This document shows positions 63,361-64,000 of a DNA stretch of 64,000 nt, one piece after another; within the stretch, counting starts at the first letter, position 1, and each line of letters opens with the position of its first letter. Origin of the DNA: Octopus bimaculoides. Its lineage: Eukaryota. The translations under genes and the position numbers were made by a program. The notes beneath the pieces are model-generated. The model was not told the origin of the DNA and did not search any database. It saw only the letters and a program-made list of their open reading frames with translations. The DNA lies in NCBI RefSeq assembly GCF_001194135.2, contig NC_068985.1, positions 123,849,753-123,913,752 on the forward strand. Direction: 5' to 3'.

Positions 63361-64000
63361 TAATTGTCATCATACAGGCATGCCCAATCATTCATAGACA
63401 TTGATACACATACAGAATTTCGTGTAGAATACGAGTAGCTGTTACTTGTAAATGCAGAATTGTATGTGTTTGATTATATGGACATATGTACAGAAAACAT
63501 ATCAATGTACTTGACACTCATCAAATATCTTTCACATTTCTTTTCATATAACATAAAACTTGTAATTAATCTCTCTACCTAGCTGTCTATATCTTAATAT
63601 ATAAATCTGAATTTGTTTGTCTGTGTAAAGCCTTTTTGAATGTTTATAGAAATCCACATTTTCCACTTTTTCCTAAAACATTTTACATCAATGGAATTTT
63701 CTCGATGTGAACTTTCCAGTGCAGTAATTAAATTTTTAAAATTCCGTTTACTTTGTGTGAATTAAGGGAGATTTGGCTGTTGTTTCTAGCAACCTTTATA
63801 TTTCATCCCTTCTACCTGGAACGCCATTCTTACGCACGCGCTCAACATAAAAATATAGAGAGTAAGAGTTAAAGAGGGAGAGGGAGAGAGAGAGAAAGTG
63901 ATACATACAACGTCATAGATTAAACTTTCATCTCAGTATTCTTTACCTATTTTTCATAACATAGATACGTAAAAACACACACAACCACACATACATGACC

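Noticed and set aside
63585-63640. Helitron-like 5' start (tctatatcttaatatataaa…ttgtttgtctgt)
   Set aside because: No matching 3' hairpin/CTRR end found in the window.

Overview
AT-rich animal genomic DNA, saturated with microsatellites and broken by 12 N-gaps, nearly all beside microsatellite tracts. The SINE complement and repeat style point to an octopod cephalopod short-read scaffold; this is an inference from pattern recognition, not a search. No host protein-coding gene is recognisable, so the window looks intronic or intergenic. It holds decayed mobile elements: three mariner remnants (one with ~170-bp TIRs), pogo/Tigger-like MITEs, two RTE-clade LINE fragments, Penelope-like RT and GIY-YIG fragments, and restriction-like-endonuclease (REL) LINEs of the R4/Dong and Hero types. 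At least four tRNA-derived SINE families, a Helentron/DINE-like element and a foldback element are also present. The most notable observation is at 40.9-41.85 kb: a ~345-360-bp repeat in an inverted array whose two 51-nt copies together reconstruct a canonical type I hammerhead ribozyme, a candidate retrozyme or Penelope-derived self-cleaving repeat. Also notable are R4/Dong-like LINE copies inserted in tandem in an (ATAC)n microsatellite, and two near-perfect hairpins at 44148-44213 and 48512-48551. Boundaries of decayed elements are approximate; all alignments and translations were done by eye.
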